Source: an uncultured delta proteobacterium
Lineage (GTDB): Bacteria > Desulfobacterota > Syntrophorhabdia > Syntrophorhabdales > WCHB1-27
Direction: 5' to 3'
DNA length: 64,000 bases
Assembly (NCBI GenBank): GCA_963810935.1
Contig: CAWEPK010000007.1
Coordinates: forward strand, 32,001-96,000
The notes under the pieces were generated by a model. That model was not told the origin of the DNA. It did no database searches and worked only from the letters and a program-made list of their open reading frames with translations. The translations under genes and the position numbers were made by a program. How positions within the stretch are numbered: position 1 is the first letter of the stretch; the number at the start of each line of letters is the position of its first letter. Below are positions 18,940-27,023 of the stretch, piece after piece.

Positions 18940-18977
18940 GTTTCATTATATGAACTAACGGTGCATGTAATGCACCG
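18940..18977. promoter_or_regulatory. Candidate IclR operators at the TRAP operon promoter
   Basis: GTTTCATTATATGAAC and perfect CGGTGCAT-GTA-ATGCACCG, just downstream of TTGACA at 18925. Confidence 0.5.
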
Positions 18978-19094
18978 GCCTTTTGTGCATTGCGCAGTTG
19001 ATAAGAAACAAGCCGCTTGATAACGGGCGACCTTGCCGCCGGGTTGTGGATACCCGGACCCGCGAGGAGCGAACGCCTGCCGAAGGGGGACTTT

Positions 19095-19577
19095 ATGAAG
19101 CGATTTTTCGGGGCTGTTGTGAGGGTCAACTCGTGGATGCAGGCCGTGGCCGCAATCGCGCTCACCCTGATAATCTTCCTGACCACGGTCGATGTCCTGG
19201 CCAGGATCGTCGGAAGGCCGATACCGGGCGCCGTCGAGATCATCGCGATCCTCGGCGGAGTGGTGGCCGGGTTTACCGCGCCCGTCACCTCCTGGATGAA
19301 AGGCCACATCCAGGTCGATTTCCTTCTCAATGCCCTTCCGAAATGGGCAAGCAACCTCGTCGAGACGGCAACGCGCTGCGTGGCGATCTTCCTCTGCCTG
19401 CTGATCGCCTGGAACTCTCTTAAGATAGGTGCGGACTTTTTTGACAAGGGAGAGGTATCGGGCACCCTCCTTATACCGCTCTTCCCCGTCTGCTACGGCC
19501 TTGCGGCGTGCTTTCTCATGCTGTCGATTGTACTGGCATGCGATATCATGAAAATTTTCGGAGGAAGCGATGAGTGA
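19095..19577 (+). CDS. dctQ: TRAP transporter small permease
   Basis: DVLAR, PIPGAVE, GHIQVDF; about four TM segments. Confidence 0.88.
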   Translation: MKRFFGAVVRVNSWMQAVAAIALTLIIFLTTVDVLARIVGRPIPGAVEIIAILGGVVAGFTAPVTSWMKGHIQVDFLLNALPKWASNLVETATRCVAIFLCLLIAWNSLKIGADFFDKGEVSGTLLIPLFPVCYGLAACFLMLSIVLACDIMKIFGGSDE

Positions 19578-20872
19578 GGTTACGGTAGGCTGCATAGGTC
19601 TGGCGCTTTTGCTTCTCCTCTTCTTTACGGGCCTCGAACTTCCCTTTTGCATGATGTTGGTCGGCTTCGCCGGCTTCACGTACCTCGTCAACTTCAGGGC
19701 GGCCACCCACATGATGGCGAAGGACGTTTACGATATTTTCGTCTCATACGGATACACGGTGTTCCCGCTCTTTATCTTCATGGGGCAGATCGCCTTCGCT
19801 TCGGGAATGGCGAAGAAACTTTATGACAGCGCCTACCGCTTCCTTGGGCACATCCCCGGCGGCCTCGCGGTCGCTACGGTCGGGGGCGCCACGGCGTTCA
19901 AGGCCCTGTGCGGCTCGGCGGTCGCCACGGCGGCCACCTTCAGCAACCTGGCCATCCCGGAGATGGAGCGGTACGGTTACAGCCGCACCCTCTCTACGGG
20001 CCTCGTCGCCATAGTGGGAACCCTGGGCTGCCTCATGCCTCCCACGATCTTCCTCATCATTTACGGTCTCATTACCGAGCAGTCGATAGGCATGCTGTTT
20101 TTGGCGGGCATCATTCCCGGCCTGGGGATCGCCTGCCTCTTCGTCCTGACAATTTATCTGTGGGCCCGGATCAACCCGGCGCTGGCGCCGGCAGGCCAGA
20201 GATCGACCTGGAAGCAAAGGTTCGCTTCGCTTCCCGAAGTCGCCATCGTTCTGATAGTCTTCGCTCTCATGATAGTGGGCCTCCTGAAAGGCTTCTTCAC
20301 CCCCACCGAGGCGGGCAGCGTCGGTACGATGGTCGTGCTGATAATGGTCGTCGTAAGGAGGCAGGCTCGGCTTCAAGGGCTACGTAAAGGCGATAGGAGA
20401 GGCGATGCGGACGGCCTTCATGATCCTGATGCTGATGGCCGGCTCCGCGATCCTCGGCCACTTCATAACCATCACGAATATCCCGCAGATCATGGCCGAC
20501 TGGTCCTCGAACCTGCCCCTCAACAGGAACCTGATACTGATCCTCATCTGTTTTATCTACTTAATCGGCGGCTCGTTCATCGACGATCTGGCTTTCATGG
20601 TCCTCGCGACGCCCATTTTCTTCCCTGTGGTGACCAAACTCGGCTTCGATCCGATATGGTTCGGCATCATGGTCGCCGTCACCGTCATGATAGGCATCGT
20701 CATCCCGCCCGTAGCGGCGAACGTCTTTATTGTCCACAAGCTTACAAACACCCCTATGCTCACCGTTTACAAAGGGGTGGTGCCGTTCCTTACGGGCATA
20801 GTCGTTTTTGCGGCGCTTCTTTTCATATTTCCCCAGCTTGCCCTTTTTCTCCCCAATTACCTGATGAAATAG
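19570..20872 (+). CDS. dctM: TRAP transporter large permease, +1 frameshift near 20364
   Basis: PLFIFMG, GGLAVAT and FTPTEAG, joined to FDPIWFG...IPPVA after removing one G (RRQ-LGFKGYVKAIGEAMR). Confidence 0.88.
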
Positions 20873-20930
20873 AGGGCAAGGCACAGGTGAGTGAGGCCTG
20901 ACGGCCAACTATAACTGCAAGGAGGAGTAA

Positions 20931-22007
20931 ATGGGAAGAAAATTGATGTTATTCGTGATGCTCGCTGTAATGTTCGGTGTTGTAGCCGGCACGCCCGGCC
21001 ATGCGCAAGCTCAGGCCACGATCAAGATGAAGTTCAGCAACCCGCATCCCATGACCTTCTCCTCCGCGCCCGTCATGCTCGCCTTCTGCCAGGAGATAAA
21101 GAAGCGGACGAACGGGAGGGTCGAGATCACCCATTACGCGGGCGGCGTCCTTACCACCTTCCCCAAGGCATATGACGGGATCGTCAACCAGGTTTCCGAC
21201 ATCGGCCAGAGCCACGTCGGCTACACGCGCGGCCGCTTCCCTGTGACGGAGATCCTCGACCTGCCCGTCGGCTATTCAAGCGGGTTCGTCGCGAGCCACG
21301 TCAAGTGGGACTTCTACAAAAAGTACAAGCCGAAGGAATGGAACGACGTCCATGTCCTCTATATGTGGTCGGTCGGCCCGCAGATCTTCGCAACGACCAA
21401 GAAGCCCCTCCATAAATTCGAGGACCTGAAAGGCCTTAAGATCAGGGGCACGGGGCGGCCCGCGGATACGATCAAGGCCCTTGGAGCGGTGCCTGTAGCC
21501 CTGGAGATGGGCGACGTCTATGACTCCGCGCAGAGGGGGCTACTCGACGGCATGTACGACGCGATGGAGACCTGGAAGGGCTTCCGCCTCGGCGACGTCA
21601 TGAAGTACGGCTACCTCACGCAGCAGGGCACGGGCTCGATATATACCTTTTACGTAGCAATGAACAAGGAGCGCTGGAACGCGCTACCCCCGGATATAAA
21701 AAAGATTTTCGACGAAACCTCGGAGGAGTGGGTTGACAGGCATGCGACCACTACCCTTGAGGCGGACTTCGCCGGTCTGAGTTACCTCAAGCAGCGTGGC
21801 GGCCAGATGCTGCCGATAGCCGATTCGGAGATCGCCAAAATGAAGAAGGCCGTCGAGCCGGTCATAGATGGCTACGTGAAGGACATGGAACGTAAAGGCT
21901 ACAAGAAAGCGGAGATGGAAGACCAGTTGAATTTCATCCGCGAGCGCATAGCCTATTGGTCAAAGCAGGAGAAGGACAGGAAGTTAAAGACCCCTTACGT
22001 GCAGTAA
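20931..22007 (+). CDS. dctP: TRAP substrate-binding protein
   Basis: Signal peptide, TNGRVEI, GRFPVTEILDLP, DLKGLKIR and WNALPPD. Confidence 0.9.
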   Translation: MGRKLMLFVMLAVMFGVVAGTPGHAQAQATIKMKFSNPHPMTFSSAPVMLAFCQEIKKRTNGRVEITHYAGGVLTTFPKAYDGIVNQVSDIGQSHVGYTRGRFPVTEILDLPVGYSSGFVASHVKWDFYKKYKPKEWNDVHVLYMWSVGPQIFATTKKPLHKFEDLKGLKIRGTGRPADTIKALGAVPVALEMGDVYDSAQRGLLDGMYDAMETWKGFRLGDVMKYGYLTQQGTGSIYTFYVAMNKERWNALPPDIKKIFDETSEEWVDRHATTTLEADFAGLSYLKQRGGQMLPIADSEIAKMKKAVEPVIDGYVKDMERKGYKKAEMEDQLNFIRERIAYWSKQEKDRKLKTPYVQ

Positions 22008-22013
22008 GGTAAT

Positions 22014-22039
22014 GATCGGGCCCCGGAAGGGGCCCGATC
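22014..22039. terminator. Hairpin between convergent dctP and amidohydrolase
   Basis: GATCGGGCCCC-GGAA-GGGGCCCGATC perfect 11-bp stem. Confidence 0.65.
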
Positions 22040-22050
22040 CCGGTATAGTC

Positions 22051-23013
22051 TTATTTGCGCGCGATCAGGCCCAACAGGTTCCCGCTCGCGATCATTTCCT
22101 TCTCGGCCTGCGGTAGGTCCACCTGTTGCAGCGTCCGCAGGCTCCCCTCCATCCACTCCACGCCCTGCCTCGGGCCAAAGGGGTAGTCGGTGGCAAAGAC
22201 GATCTGCTTCGGGCCGAAGAATTTGTAGCCGCATTCGAGGGCGTGGAGCGAACCGTTCAGCACCATGTCGCCGTAAAACCTCTTGAAGTAGACAAGGGGG
22301 TCGTCCGGTGTGAATTTGAAATTGGACCGGGGGAACATCGACCGTGCGTCATAGAACCCTTTGATACGCTCGGAGAAATGGGGCAGCATCCCGCCCATAT
22401 GGTGCGTGATGATCCGGAGGTCGGGGTAATCGTGCATTATGCCGGAAAAAACGAGCCTGGTCAGAGCGACGCTCGTCTCGTAAATCCAGCCATAGGTCTT
22501 GTCTATGACGAACTCGTTGGTATCGCCCTGTACCTGTGGATGGAGCCAGACGGGTGTCTTCGTATCGTTCATCCTGGCCCAGAAAGGCCTGAACTCCGGA
22601 GAGTCCAACGGCTTGCCGTTGATATTGCTGACTACCTGGATGCCGGCCATGCCTAGCTTGTTGATGCAGCGGTCGACCTCCGGCAGGCACTTCTCGGTCG
22701 GCAGCGCGATGTGGCCGATGGGATAGAACCGTCCCGGATACGCGGCTGCCTCCTCCGCCACCGCGTCGTTCGCCAATATATTCAGCCGCTCCGCCTCGTC
22801 ATCCGGCATCTTCATCCATATGCTCGGCCGGGCGATACAAAGTACTTGCTTGTCGATCTTGTGCTCGTCCAGGTCCTTAATCTTCTTCTTCATGTCGCCT
22901 AGATAGGCCAGGGCCAGCGACTCCTTCGACTCCAGGGTAGGATACGTCTTGAGCAGCTCCTCCAGGAACCTGCGGGGCATAATGTGTCCGAATCCGTCGA
23001 TGATCATTCCCAT
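22051..23013 (-). CDS. Amidohydrolase_2 family protein (ACMSD/aromatic decarboxylase or hydratase-like)
   Basis: IIDGFGH, PVWLHP, YETSVALTRLVFSG, THHMGG and FATDYPF. Confidence 0.88.
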   Translation of the reverse strand: MGMIIDGFGHIMPRRFLEELLKTYPTLESKESLALAYLGDMKKKIKDLDEHKIDKQVLCIARPSIWMKMPDDEAERLNILANDAVAEEAAAYPGRFYPIGHIALPTEKCLPEVDRCINKLGMAGIQVVSNINGKPLDSPEFRPFWARMNDTKTPVWLHPQVQGDTNEFVIDKTYGWIYETSVALTRLVFSGIMHDYPDLRIITHHMGGMLPHFSERIKGFYDARSMFPRSNFKFTPDDPLVYFKRFYGDMVLNGSLHALECGYKFFGPKQIVFATDYPFGPRQGVEWMEGSLRTLQQVDLPQAEKEMIASGNLLGLIARK

Positions 23014-23046
23014 GTTGTCCTCCCGTCGTTTAGTTGGTCACAGTCC

Positions 23047-23215
23047 TCAAACCGTGCCTTGTGATTCTGCATAGATGAGAAAACCCGCCCCGGCCGCTGC
23101 TATAGCCTTTCCCGCAAAATCCCGAATCGGGACCGGCACGCCGGTGACGCCGTCTATGGCTATGCCGTCAGCGATCAGGGACCCTCCCTGCCGTATCCTT
23201 ATGGAGCCTTCTCCG
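23047..23215 (-). pseudogene. C-terminal relic of an IclR-family regulator
   Basis: Translates as IRQGGSLIADGIAIDGVTGVPVPIRDFAGKAIAAAGAGFL, which aligns with KKQGYSVDEGIAIEGIGGVGAPLRDFTGAVVAAIGVGFM of the IclR at 18036; no N-terminal half. Confidence 0.75.
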
Positions 23216-23274
23216 GCCTGCCCCCAATCATTGTACCACTCTCAGAGTCAGACTTCCTCCCATTTGACCGCTAA

Positions 23275-23407
23275 TTCCTGAATTCTCGTGTTATAATTGA
23301 CTGCACGAAGCTCCGGAAGTGGAAGGACAAGCTCCCGCTACCGGACAAACCGGACTCGGCGTACAAGGAAGGAAGCAGGAAGAATTGGCCATCCGTTCGA
23401 GTTTTAA
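23275..23407 (+). pseudogene. Probable C-terminal relic of a UbiD-family decarboxylase
   Basis: FLNSRVIIDCTKLRKWKDKLP resembles the UbiD-family C-terminal NSRxIIDAxxPxxWxDxFP; in-frame stop just upstream and no start codon. Confidence 0.5.
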
Positions 23408-23446
23408 GGCAAGCAAGGAAAAAAACATTTGGTTACGGAGGTCCCT

Positions 23447-24454
23447 ATGAAGATAGACATTTTCAACCACATCTTCCCCAAGCCTTTTTTCGAGAAGATG
23501 GTCAAGACAGCGCCCAAGGGAAAGGATATGCACAAGCGGGTGAGGGAAGTCCCCTCGATAGTCGATCTGGACGACCGCTTCCGCCGCATGGACGAGTTCG
23601 GCCCGGATTACAGGCAGGTCATCTGTATCGCCTCCCCGCCTATCGAGGTGTTCGGTCCTCCCCCGGTCTCTACGGACATGGCAAAGCTGGCCAATGACGG
23701 CATGGCGGAGCTGGTCGCCAAGCACCCCGACCGCTTCCTCGGCTTTGTCGCATCACTGCCCATGAACGACCCGGAAGGCCTTCTGAAAGAGGCAAGGCGG
23801 GCCGTGACCGAGCTTGGCGCCGTGGGCGTCCAGATATTCACGAACGTCCTCGGCCGGCCGCTGGACAAGCCCGAGACGATGCCGCTGTTCGACCTCATGG
23901 TGGAGCTCGACAGGCCCATATGGATGCACCCTGCCAGGGGGGCGGACGTCCCAGACTACAAAAGCGAGCCGAAGAGCCACTACGAGATCTGGTGGACCTT
24001 AGGCTGGCCTTACGAGACGAGCGTAGCCATGGCCCACCTTGTCTTTTCGGGCCTTTTCGACCGCCTGCCTGCGGTCAAGATCATAACCCACCACCTCGGA
24101 GGCATGATCCCGTACTTCGAGGGAAGGGTCGGCCCCGGATGGGACCAGCTAGGCACGAGGACATCCGACGAGGACTATTTCGCACTGCTGAAGCAGCTCA
24201 AGAAACGGCCGCTCGATTACTTCCACATGTTCTACGCGGACAGCGCGGTCTTCGGCTCTATGGCCGCAACCATCTGCGGCCTTGAGTTCTTCGGGGCAGA
24301 CCACGTGCTCTTCGCCTCGGACTCCCCCTTCGATCCGGAAAAGGGCTCGGCCTACATAAGGTGGACAATCGATATCATAGATAAGCTGCCCATCAGCGAC
24401 AAGGAGCGCTACGCGATCTATGAAGGGAATGCACGGAAGCTGCTGAAAATATAG
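23447..24454 (+). CDS. Amidohydrolase_2 family protein
   Basis: MKIDIFNH, PIWMHP, GWPYETS, THHLGGMIP and FASDSPF. Confidence 0.9.
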   Translation: MKIDIFNHIFPKPFFEKMVKTAPKGKDMHKRVREVPSIVDLDDRFRRMDEFGPDYRQVICIASPPIEVFGPPPVSTDMAKLANDGMAELVAKHPDRFLGFVASLPMNDPEGLLKEARRAVTELGAVGVQIFTNVLGRPLDKPETMPLFDLMVELDRPIWMHPARGADVPDYKSEPKSHYEIWWTLGWPYETSVAMAHLVFSGLFDRLPAVKIITHHLGGMIPYFEGRVGPGWDQLGTRTSDEDYFALLKQLKKRPLDYFHMFYADSAVFGSMAATICGLEFFGADHVLFASDSPFDPEKGSAYIRWTIDIIDKLPISDKERYAIYEGNARKLLKI

Positions 24455-24524
24455 CAGGACCGTACCGGCCTGAACGGGATAACCCTTACCACACGATCTC
24501 AGGTTCGGTCAGTCCGTCAAGAAA

Positions 24525-24683
24525 ACGGACGCGCACCTGACCTTCCTTACGGCTTCCGTGCCCGTGATGGAAGGGCTAGACCTGTCGGAAGCAGAGGCGG
24601 GCCTGTACGAGTGCGTCTGCCTGCCCCTGCGGCTGGAAGGTGCGGAGGCTGCTCCGGCGATGGTGATCGTGCGGGCAAAGTAG
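24525..24683 (+). pseudogene. Diverged duplicate of the last 52 codons plus stop of the cyclase gene (10857-11015)
   Basis: TDAHLTFLTASVPVMEGLDLSEAEAGLYECVCLPLRLEGAEAAPAMVIVRAK* is gap-free against the cyclase C-terminus, with 8 aa differences. Confidence 0.9.
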
Positions 24684-24762
24684 GGGCCGGGATTCCTCCC
24701 CCGCGATGAATGTTAACATTCGCAAGTGCGATCAAAGAAGCAAAAGGGGAGGTGCCTTGATA

Positions 24763-25569
24763 ATGAAAGGTTTCGAGGTCTTCAAACTTGTAGGGACTTG
24801 CCTGTTTCTGACCGCGTCTATCGCAAATGTCTGTGACGCACAGATCAGGGAAAGAGTTGTGGATATTGCCACGCGGCCCGGCGTCGTACAGCGTTTCGTC
24901 TATCTCGCGCCCGCTCAGCCAAAAGCATCCGTGGTGCTTTTTGCCGGCGGTAATGGCGGCCTGCAGATCTCCGGGGAGGGTTCGTTCGCCTGGGGCAAGG
25001 GCGGCAACTTCCTGGTCCGCTCACGCCGGTTATTCGCCGATCAAAACTTCGCTGTGGCTGTTGTGGATGCACCGTCGGACCGAAAGCGGCCTTCATACCT
25101 GGATGGTTTTCGCCAGATCCCCGAACATGCGCTTGATATCAGAGCGGTTATCGCGTGGCTGCGCAAACAGTCCGGTGCGCCGGTGTGGCTGATCGGAACG
25201 AGCAGGGGGACGGAATCGGTTGCATCCATAGCGACGAAGGTTACCGGCCCGGAAGGCCCTGATGGGATCGTTCTTACTTCCACAATACTGTCGGACGGCG
25301 GAGGGAGGGCTGTGCCGGATATGGACTTGAGCTTACTTAAGGTCCCTATCCTCGTAGTGCACCATGAACAGGACGGGTGCTATCTCTGTATGCCGCGTGA
25401 ACTCCCGCGCCTTATGGATAAACTCGGCTCGTCTCCGAGAAAGAAGCTCATTACATTCAAAGGCGGCTTGGATCACGGTGATGCGTGCCAGGCCTTTGCT
25501 CATCATGGGTTCAACGGGATAGAGAAGGAAGTAGTAACTCAGATAGCGCAGTGGATACTCTCGGAATAA
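24763..25569 (+). CDS. Exported alpha/beta hydrolase
   Basis: Signal peptide, LFAGGNG, NFLVRSR, GTSRG nucleophile elbow and HGFNGIE. Confidence 0.82.
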   Translation: MKGFEVFKLVGTCLFLTASIANVCDAQIRERVVDIATRPGVVQRFVYLAPAQPKASVVLFAGGNGGLQISGEGSFAWGKGGNFLVRSRRLFADQNFAVAVVDAPSDRKRPSYLDGFRQIPEHALDIRAVIAWLRKQSGAPVWLIGTSRGTESVASIATKVTGPEGPDGIVLTSTILSDGGGRAVPDMDLSLLKVPILVVHHEQDGCYLCMPRELPRLMDKLGSSPRKKLITFKGGLDHGDACQAFAHHGFNGIEKEVVTQIAQWILSE

Positions 25570-25570
25570 C

Positions 25571-27019
25571 CTACCGTCCCTGCGCTGCCCCCGCGCCCGT
25601 TGTGCCTGTGCCGGCGTCCGCCTTCGCTACCCATCCTCCACCCATCGCCTTGTAGACATTGATCAGGCTGATGAAGCCGCCGGCGCGTGTTTGTATCGCG
25701 GACAGCTCGGCGGGGAATAACTGTGCTTCGGCATACAACACCGTCAGGTACGGGACATAGCCGCCGTTGTATTGGAGGTTCGCCAGGCGGTCATACTCTT
25801 TGTACGCTGCTACGCGCCGCAGCTCGGCTGTTAGCTGCTCTTCCAGCTTTGTGCGGGCGACCAGCGCGTTATCCACGTCTGCGAAGGCATTTTGGATGGT
25901 CTGGCGGTATGACAGCACGGCCGCGTCGCGCCCGGCCTCGGCCTGTTTTACCTGGCCCGTGATCGCGCCGCCAGTGAAGATAGGCCCCGTTACCGAGCCG
26001 CCGTAACTCCATATCCGGCTCGGCCCGTTCCACAGGTTGGAAAGCTCGGAGCTTGACCGGCCGTAGGCCCCGGTCAGGGAGATGCTCGGGTAGTAGAGCG
26101 CTCTGGCCGCGCCGATTTGCGCATTTGCCGAGACGAGGACGGCCTCAGCCTGCCGTATGTCGGGACGCCGCGCGAGCAGGTCGGACGGCAGGCCGGCGGG
26201 GGTTACGGGCATCTTTAATTCATGGATCGGGAGGCCGCGTGCTATGGGGCCGGGGTTGCGCCCTAACAAGAGACAGATGCCGTTTTCCGTCTGGGCGATC
26301 TGTATCTCTATCTGCGGGATCGTCACCGCCGCAGTCTCGTATTGCGTGCGCGCCTGCTCCACCGTCATGCGGCTGACCTGCCCGTACCTGTTTTGCAGCT
26401 CGAAGAGTTTTACCGATTTCGCGTACGTCTCAAGCGTCTGCATAGAGACGGCAAGCTGCGCGTCGAGGCTGCGCAGTTGTATATAGGACGAGGCCGTCTC
26501 CGCGACTATCGACAGGATGATGCCGCGCCGCGCCTCCACGGACGCGAGCAGGTTCGCCCTTGCGGCCTCCGTGAGCCTCCTGACGCGGCCCCAGAGGTCG
26601 ATCTCCCAGCTTACCCCGCCGAAAGCCTGGAAGCTGTTGAACGGGTTCTGCATCATCGGAGAGAACGTGGCGTCGTTCTGCGACATCCTCTGGCGCGCCG
26701 CCCCGCCGCCGTATGCGGCCTGCGGGAAGAGGGCGGCGCGGGTGCTCATCAGAAAACCGGCCGCCTGCTCGACGTTCGCAGCCGCGATCTTTACGTTCCT
26801 GTTGTTGGCGAGGCTTTCCGCGACCAGGGCGTCGAGCACGGGGTCGCCGAACTGCGCCCACCAGACCGCGTCGGAGGCGCCCGGCGCGCCGCCGCCGTCG
26901 AACCGGAACGCCTCCGGCATATCGACGGTGGGCCGCACGTAATCGGGACCGACCATGCATCCGGCAAGGCCGATGGTGCAAACCGCAACGAGTGCCGTGA
27001 TGAAGGCTGTCCTGCGCAT
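25571..27019 (-). CDS. RND efflux outer-membrane lipoprotein (NodT/OprM family)
   Basis: Start MRRTAF at 27019, LAGC lipobox, SWEIDLWGR, LLARRPDI and YKAMGGGW. Confidence 0.92.
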   Translation of the reverse strand: MRRTAFITALVAVCTIGLAGCMVGPDYVRPTVDMPEAFRFDGGGAPGASDAVWWAQFGDPVLDALVAESLANNRNVKIAAANVEQAAGFLMSTRAALFPQAAYGGGAARQRMSQNDATFSPMMQNPFNSFQAFGGVSWEIDLWGRVRRLTEAARANLLASVEARRGIILSIVAETASSYIQLRSLDAQLAVSMQTLETYAKSVKLFELQNRYGQVSRMTVEQARTQYETAAVTIPQIEIQIAQTENGICLLLGRNPGPIARGLPIHELKMPVTPAGLPSDLLARRPDIRQAEAVLVSANAQIGAARALYYPSISLTGAYGRSSSELSNLWNGPSRIWSYGGSVTGPIFTGGAITGQVKQAEAGRDAAVLSYRQTIQNAFADVDNALVARTKLEEQLTAELRRVAAYKEYDRLANLQYNGGYVPYLTVLYAEAQLFPAELSAIQTRAGGFISLINVYKAMGGGWVAKADAGTGTTGAGAAQGR

Positions 27020-27023
27020 ATGC

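Noticed and set aside
23367..23378. GGAAGGAAGCAG resembling the SRP RNA domain IV
   Set aside because: The upstream TCAGG partner and long SRP helix are absent; better explained as part of the UbiD-like coding relic.
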